NCBI GenBank assembly: GCA_002269645.1
Contig: NIVC01001313.1
Coordinates: 62,001-126,000, forward strand
DNA: 64,000 bases
Direction of reading: 5' to 3'
From: Macrostomum lignano
Lineage: Eukaryota
In this document: piece after piece, positions 59,018 through 64,000 of the stretch
Layout of the letters: every line of letters begins with the position of its first letter
Numbering within the stretch: the first letter of the stretch is position 1
Translations under genes and position numbers: made by a program
The notes under the pieces: generated by a model
Told to the model about the DNA's origin: nothing
What the model saw: only the letters and a program-made list of their open reading frames with translations
The model's database searches: none

Positions 59018-61625
59018 CTAAAAGCCCATATCGTCGTGAATTTGGCCAACTAGATGCGTAGCCACAGCGTCAAAGTGGAGCACGGCTCCAGCCACTACAA
59101 ACAGGTGCCAGATAGCGTGCGCGAATGGCAAAATGCCGTCCAGCTTGAAAAAGACTACGCCAAATACGTAGATTGCACCACCCAGAATCAGCTCGAAAAG
59201 GCCGTCAGGATTTTTCTGTAATAGTTGTTAATAATAAGTATTCAGATAACTAGGCTTAAGCATACGGGCAAATAACTTCAGTACTTACCATTCTTAGGCT
59301 GACAAGTACGCCAGGAGCAATTCCGACAACCAAGTAGAGCGAAACTTCCAGCCACTTGTGCCTGAAAGTTATTTATTCACTAGCTGACTAACAAACTTTA
59401 ATTTCCTTTGTTAATTATTACGCCTCAGCTGATTGGCTGGCTAATTTAATTGGCTTTTATACTTCGTTTCAGCTGATTGGCTGGCAATTTTAATTGGTTG
59501 TCATAGCATATATCTACGCTTGAAAGGTACATTTAATGTAATCCATTTAAAAGTGACTCACTTCTCGTGAAACAAAAGTTGATAAGTGATGCCAAGAATA
59601 GCGGCAGTCCAAACGGTATACATACAACTAGTGCCAATATCGTATTCGAAATCGCGCAATACAAGCCTGTGGGATGCAAAACAGTTATTTAAAAGGTTTT
59701 TACCTAGCTTCATGGAATATTGTGCAAAAAAGGGTTCGGAAAACGTTTCTCACCAAGGCGTATAGCTGGCGGCAATAAAAATGTAGATAAACACGCGATC
59801 GCATCTGTGGAAAATCTCTTTTAGTTGGCTGCAAAGAATTAATAAAACAGAGATGCTACTGATCAAACTGCACTACTAATAGTAGAAATAAAAGTGTATA
59901 TAGATATTGCAAATATAAGCTCAACGCTTACCAAGGCCCGCCGCGGAAGGCGAATATGTGAAATAGCGAAGAGATTAAAAACAGGCAGATGCCGGAGGCG
60001 CCGTAGATAAGCGAAGTGATAGTCTGGGCGCTGTCAGCGGATCGGCTCAGCATGGTGTACATGCGGTACAGCGATGCCGGTATCATGAACAGGTGGGATA
60101 GAATGTTTGCGAGATGCTCTTGTCTAGTTGGCACGTAGGGCTGGCCCGGCTGGGCCCGCTGGTTTTTGTACCTTAGGGGGGGGGGGGTGATGAGAAGAAG
60201 TGTCTTAGATTGAAGCAGTCCGGCTTTTAAAGTGCACTATAGTATATATGTCATGGGGTGCCGTAGCCTTATGGTCTAGCGCGGCGCTCTGATGTGCCAG
60301 CGGCCCAGGCTCGATTCCAAGTGCAGTCATATTAATTCGAGGCTAAACTGGAATCTCGGCTTGGCTCTGCTCGTCAAATTAACGGCCTTGAGGGCCAACC
60401 CCCAAAGCACAGTGAAGAGTACATCAGCCTAACGATAAATAAAGTTAGTGCCGCTGTACACATAAGAGAGTGTGTTGTCTGTGCCGGACCAGATTCTAGA
60501 CAGATAATTGGGAGACGCCTGGTATTGATAGACTAGTGAATAACTCTTACGTACGAATAACAATCAATAACCTTAGCAACCATTCAAGGTCATCAGTATC
60601 TAACAATCAACAGTCAAAGGGAGCACGAGAAATGCCCGCAGACGAATTGCCCGCCGAGATTTGCCCGCAGGAGATTTGCCCGTGGAGATTTGCCCGCCGA
60701 GCTTTTCCCGCGGAGATTTGCCCGCAGTGCATTTTGCCCGTGAGCGAATTGCCCGTGGAGATTTGCCCGCCGAGAATTGCCCGCCGAGATTTGCCCGCAA
60801 TGCAATTTTCCCGCGAGTGAATTGCCCGCGAGCGAATTGCCCGCCGAGTTTTTTCCCGCCGAGGTTTGCCCGCGATCCTTTTTTGCAGCGCATTTGGCAG
60901 CTAGATTCTGTCTATACATTGCTACCCCCAAAATATGCATTTGATATGCAGTTACTATCAAAAAGTTTTGATCGTGTAAATCTCTTTATTGAGATTAACA
61001 CGTACTAAGCATGGGAAGGCAATGCAGACAAAATCTGCCGCGTGGCCAAATGCGCTGCAGGAAAAAAGCATTGCGGGCAAACCTCGGCGGGAAAAAACTC
61101 GGCGGGCAATTCGCTCGCGGGCAATTCACTCGCGGGAAAATTGCATTGCGGGCAAATCTCGGCGGGCAATTCTCGGCGGGCAAATCTCCACGGGCAAATC
61201 TCCTGCGGGCAAATCTCGGCGGGCAATTCGTCTGCGGGCAATTCTCATGGACCCACAGTCAAACACAAAAAGATAAACAGCAAAACAAAATTAAGCGAAT
61301 AACTTTTTAAAATCTAAAGCAATCCATAAGTAAAGAAAAGATCATGCATGAGGGACTGTCAGGGACAGCAAAGGTATTTAAGCTAGTCAAAAAATTGTCA
61401 ATTGTCAATTAAAAATCTTACAATGATGATAAAAGTCCATTCGTTTAACAAAACATGATGTCGTTATTAGCTCTGCGGCGAGTTTGCCAGAAGTTTTCCA
61501 GAATTTACAAATAAGTCGTATTGATAGGTCAAACAAATAATAGTTTACATTATTTATTCACTAACTCACTTGCTAAGGTTGAGCTGACTCGCTGATTTAA
61601 CCAGCCGCCTGTGAATGTCTGTCAT
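59018..61625 (-). CDS. MMD: Monocyte-to-macrophage differentiation factor-like PAQR/HlyIII membrane protein, 6 exons (61625-61570, 60171-59932, 59828-59754, 59666-59562, 59361-59289, 59215-59018), 248 aa
   Basis: EHLANILSH, SSLFH, FHRCDRVFIYIFIAASYTPW, LFHEK and FFKLDGILPFAHAIWHLFV; all junctions GT-AG and in phase (747 nt). Exon 1 is the least certain. Confidence 0.92.
60255..60470 (+). mobile_element. tRNA-derived SINE, copy C (3'-truncated), in MMD intron 1
   Basis: gtgccgtagccttatggtctagcg...ggctcgattccaagtgcagtca...ggccttgagggccaacccc. Confidence 0.85.
60619..61254. mobile_element. Foldback/MULE-like MITE with TIRs made of 15-bp repeats
   Basis: GGG...CCC ends, (gagatttgcccgcc)n mirrored by (ggcgggcaaatctc)n, perfect 9-bp TSD acagtcaaa (60610-60618 and 61255-61263). 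Confidence 0.92.
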
Positions 61626-61829
61626 GCTGTTGACAATTTCTTAGTTAGAAATAAGTTAGAAGCAGGCATTTATACAGCACCAGCTCGCTGCTCGCGGCTG
61701 CAACCCGCTGGAACGGAAGACTGTAAAAAACAAAACACAATAAGGCTTTGATAGTTACTATATCGTGGATTGAAAACTGCAAAGGCTTGTGGGATAGGTA
61801 GGAGGAGTGTAAATTGGGGTAGAGGAAAG

Positions 61830-62510
61830 TGTTGGGTCTGGAATAGTGTACATTGGGGTAGGGGGGAGGTCTTTGATCTGGGAGAGTGTACATGGGGGTA
61901 GGGGGAGGTCTTTGATCTGGGAGAGTGTACATGGGGGTAGGGGAAGTGTTAGGGAGGGAGTGTTACATGTTAGGGAGTGTACATTGGGGTAAGGGGGAAG
62001 CGTCGGGTCTGGGAGAGTGTACATTGGGGTAGGGGAAATTTAGGGTCTGGGAGAGTGTACATTGGGGTAAGGGGGAAGCCCAGCGGTCTAGCGCAGGCTC
62101 TGGTGTGCCAGTGACCCAGGCTCGATTCCAAGTGCAGTCACATTAATTTGGGGCTGAATTGGAATCTCGGCTTGGCTCTGCTCGTGCAATTAACGGCCTT
62201 GAGAGCCAACCCCCCAAGGCGCAGTGAAGTGTACATGCCTAACGATAATATAAAGTTAGGGCCGCTGTAAACTCCTGTGAGTGTGTGCCTGCGTACGTAT
62301 CCGCGCGCTTGTATGCCTGCTCAGGGGAGTCGGCGGAATGGGCAGTAATGCCTCTCGCCGGTTGTGTGCCTATGTCGCTTAAAGTGCGCCAGGGTGCACG
62401 CAACCCCCCTGCCTCTATATATATAAGGGGGAAGCGTTGGGTCTGGGAGAGTGTACACTGGGGTAAAGGAAATTGTTTGGTCTTTGAGAGTGTACATCAC
62501 TTACGGACGG
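61830..62510. repeat. ~38-40-bp G-rich minisatellite (gggagagtgtacattggggtaggggg...), interrupted by SINE D
   Basis: Tandem copies on both sides of the SINE. Confidence 0.88.
62078..62423 (+). mobile_element. tRNA-derived SINE, copy D
   Basis: Highly similar to copy A; (TA)n tail; TSD taagggggaagc (62068-62079 and 62424-62435). Confidence 0.9.
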
Positions 62511-62984
62511 GAATAAGTCAAGACAAAAAGTTCTAAAGATCGATAATAACCTTGATAAGATTAGCCAACCGATGGCGCATAACTAAAATGTAATCTTATG
62601 GCTAAACTGTCACAAAAAGTGTAAAAAATGGAATCAATAAGAAGTGCAACTAATTTAAAATAAAATATATTTTAACAGCGTTTTAAAAAAATTAAACATA
62701 ACGACGAACCAATAATTTAACACGAAGACTCTAGGTTACTATGTGAGGATCTAGGAGTAAACGCTGAAGTTAATTGCGTTTCAAGTGCATGCGTACACAC
62801 GTACTACACACGTGTGTATCTGCTAATATTACAAGTCGGGCATCACAAATATTTTTATATCTGCGGAGACACATAGGGTACTCAGGGAAAAATATCAACC
62901 AAAACGTGCGAGAAAAAAGTCCAAACCCTTTTTGAAGAAAAATATGATCATTTGACCTTATATGGTGGCTGGATTGACTGACTG

Positions 62985-63105
62985 ACATTGGGGTGGGGAC
63001 TGGCTGATAAGCGGGAAGTACATTGGGGTGGGGGACTGGCTGATAGGCGGGAGTACATTGGGGTGGGGGACTGGCTGATAGGCGGGAGTACATCGGGGTG
63101 GGTTG
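62985..63105. repeat. 35-bp G-rich tandem repeat
   Basis: gactggctgataggcgggagtacattggggtgggg, about 3.5 copies. Confidence 0.88.
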
Positions 63106-63828
63106 ATAGGAAATGAATGAGACAGCAATCGGTATCGCTGGCTCGGCGCAATTGCAACGAAAATTCCGTATAGAAATATATTAGAACACATACGAGTATT
63201 AAATCTGAAATTGAATTTACGGGGAATGTACTAATTTTACTTAATAAAAAAATCTTTACCACTTGACAACAATCAATTCATGCATTGTAATAATATATTC
63301 AAACTACAGAAATTATATATCGCGGTAGTGTGGAATATTCAATAGTACAATATGAAACTAAATACACAAGTAGGATGAAAATGATTATTTGAGGGGAAAC
63401 AGGCGAGATAGGTTAGTTAACTTAATAAATTATGAATATTTCTGGAAATAGTTGACGCAACGATTAAAGCTGAAAGGCATGCAAGTAAAGTATTTTTACT
63501 TTACGAATATATGCAGGACTCCCTCCTAACGCTCCAAAATAGCCTTGCTTGTTAAACAAATATTGAAATTTGAAATCGTGCCGGAAACGAACAATCCTAA
63601 TAAGGACACCAATAACATAAAAACGCTCTTAAAAGTATTTTAAAAAGCACGAAATTAAACATCAAAATTTATTCAATGAATACAAAACTATAATTGCAAT
63701 CAATAAGAGTTTAAATATAGGTTTGTTCTGATTTAAACAAGCAATCAACACGCTTATGGTCTAGTCTAGTTATAGATATAGATACAGTATGCTTTATCAA
63801 TAATAAATTTGCATCCCGCCAGGCCAGC

Positions 63829-63999
63829 TCAGGTAGCCAGAGCTCGCATCACGGCCGCAGCCAGTTGGCCAACCTGCAGATGCTCGTCCTCCTCCGGCCG
63901 CTGCTGCCCCAGCTCCACCAGTGCTCGCAGAACGCTGTCCAAGCCGCGCCGACCTTCTAGATCATCAGCCGCCGAGAAGCGTCGGGCAAGTCGCCTAGC
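63829..63999 (-). CDS. 3' end of an unidentified gene running off the right edge
   Basis: GC-rich open frame ARRLARRFSAADDLEGRRGLDSVLRALVELGQQRPEEDEHLQVGQLAAAVMRALAT* followed by an AT-rich 3' region. Confidence 0.65.
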   Translation of the reverse strand, partial: ARRLARRFSAADDLEGRRGLDSVLRALVELGQQRPEEDEHLQVGQLAAAVMRALAT

Positions 64000-64000
64000 C

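Noticed and set aside
62840-62890. MCLRRYKN as an alternative MMD first exon
   Set aside because: No GT donor at the needed position; exon 61625-61570 fits with a canonical GTGAGT.

Overview
Eukaryotic (invertebrate animal) genomic DNA: spliceosomal introns, TTAGGG repeats and many minisatellites. It resembles a Macrostomum-type flatworm, but that is inference only. (1) 1-18.3 kb is a head-to-tail array of at least 5 non-autonomous Helitron-like units. Most share a head with a tRNA-like segment, and each carries a different expanded 23-24 bp minisatellite. (2) 18.9-28.4 kb holds a small secreted WSC-domain gene (-), an intronless DEG/ENaC channel (+), a Foldback/MULE-like element containing a MITE, and an intronless PPEF/rdgC phosphatase (+). 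(3) 31.6-43.9 kb is a complete 4-exon MCU gene (-) with minisatellite-filled introns. (4) 48.5-53.3 kb holds second intronless copies of the DEG/ENaC and PPEF genes (-), in permuted order and with patchwork divergence. (5) 54.6-56.4 kb is a TIR element with CATG ends, an 8-bp TSD and an IS630/Tc1-like HTH ORF remnant. (6) 59.0-61.6 kb is a complete 6-exon MMD/PAQR gene (-), and the 3' end of another gene lies at the right edge. tRNA-derived SINEs and hAT-like and MULE-like MITEs are scattered throughout. All alignments were done by eye; no searches were run.
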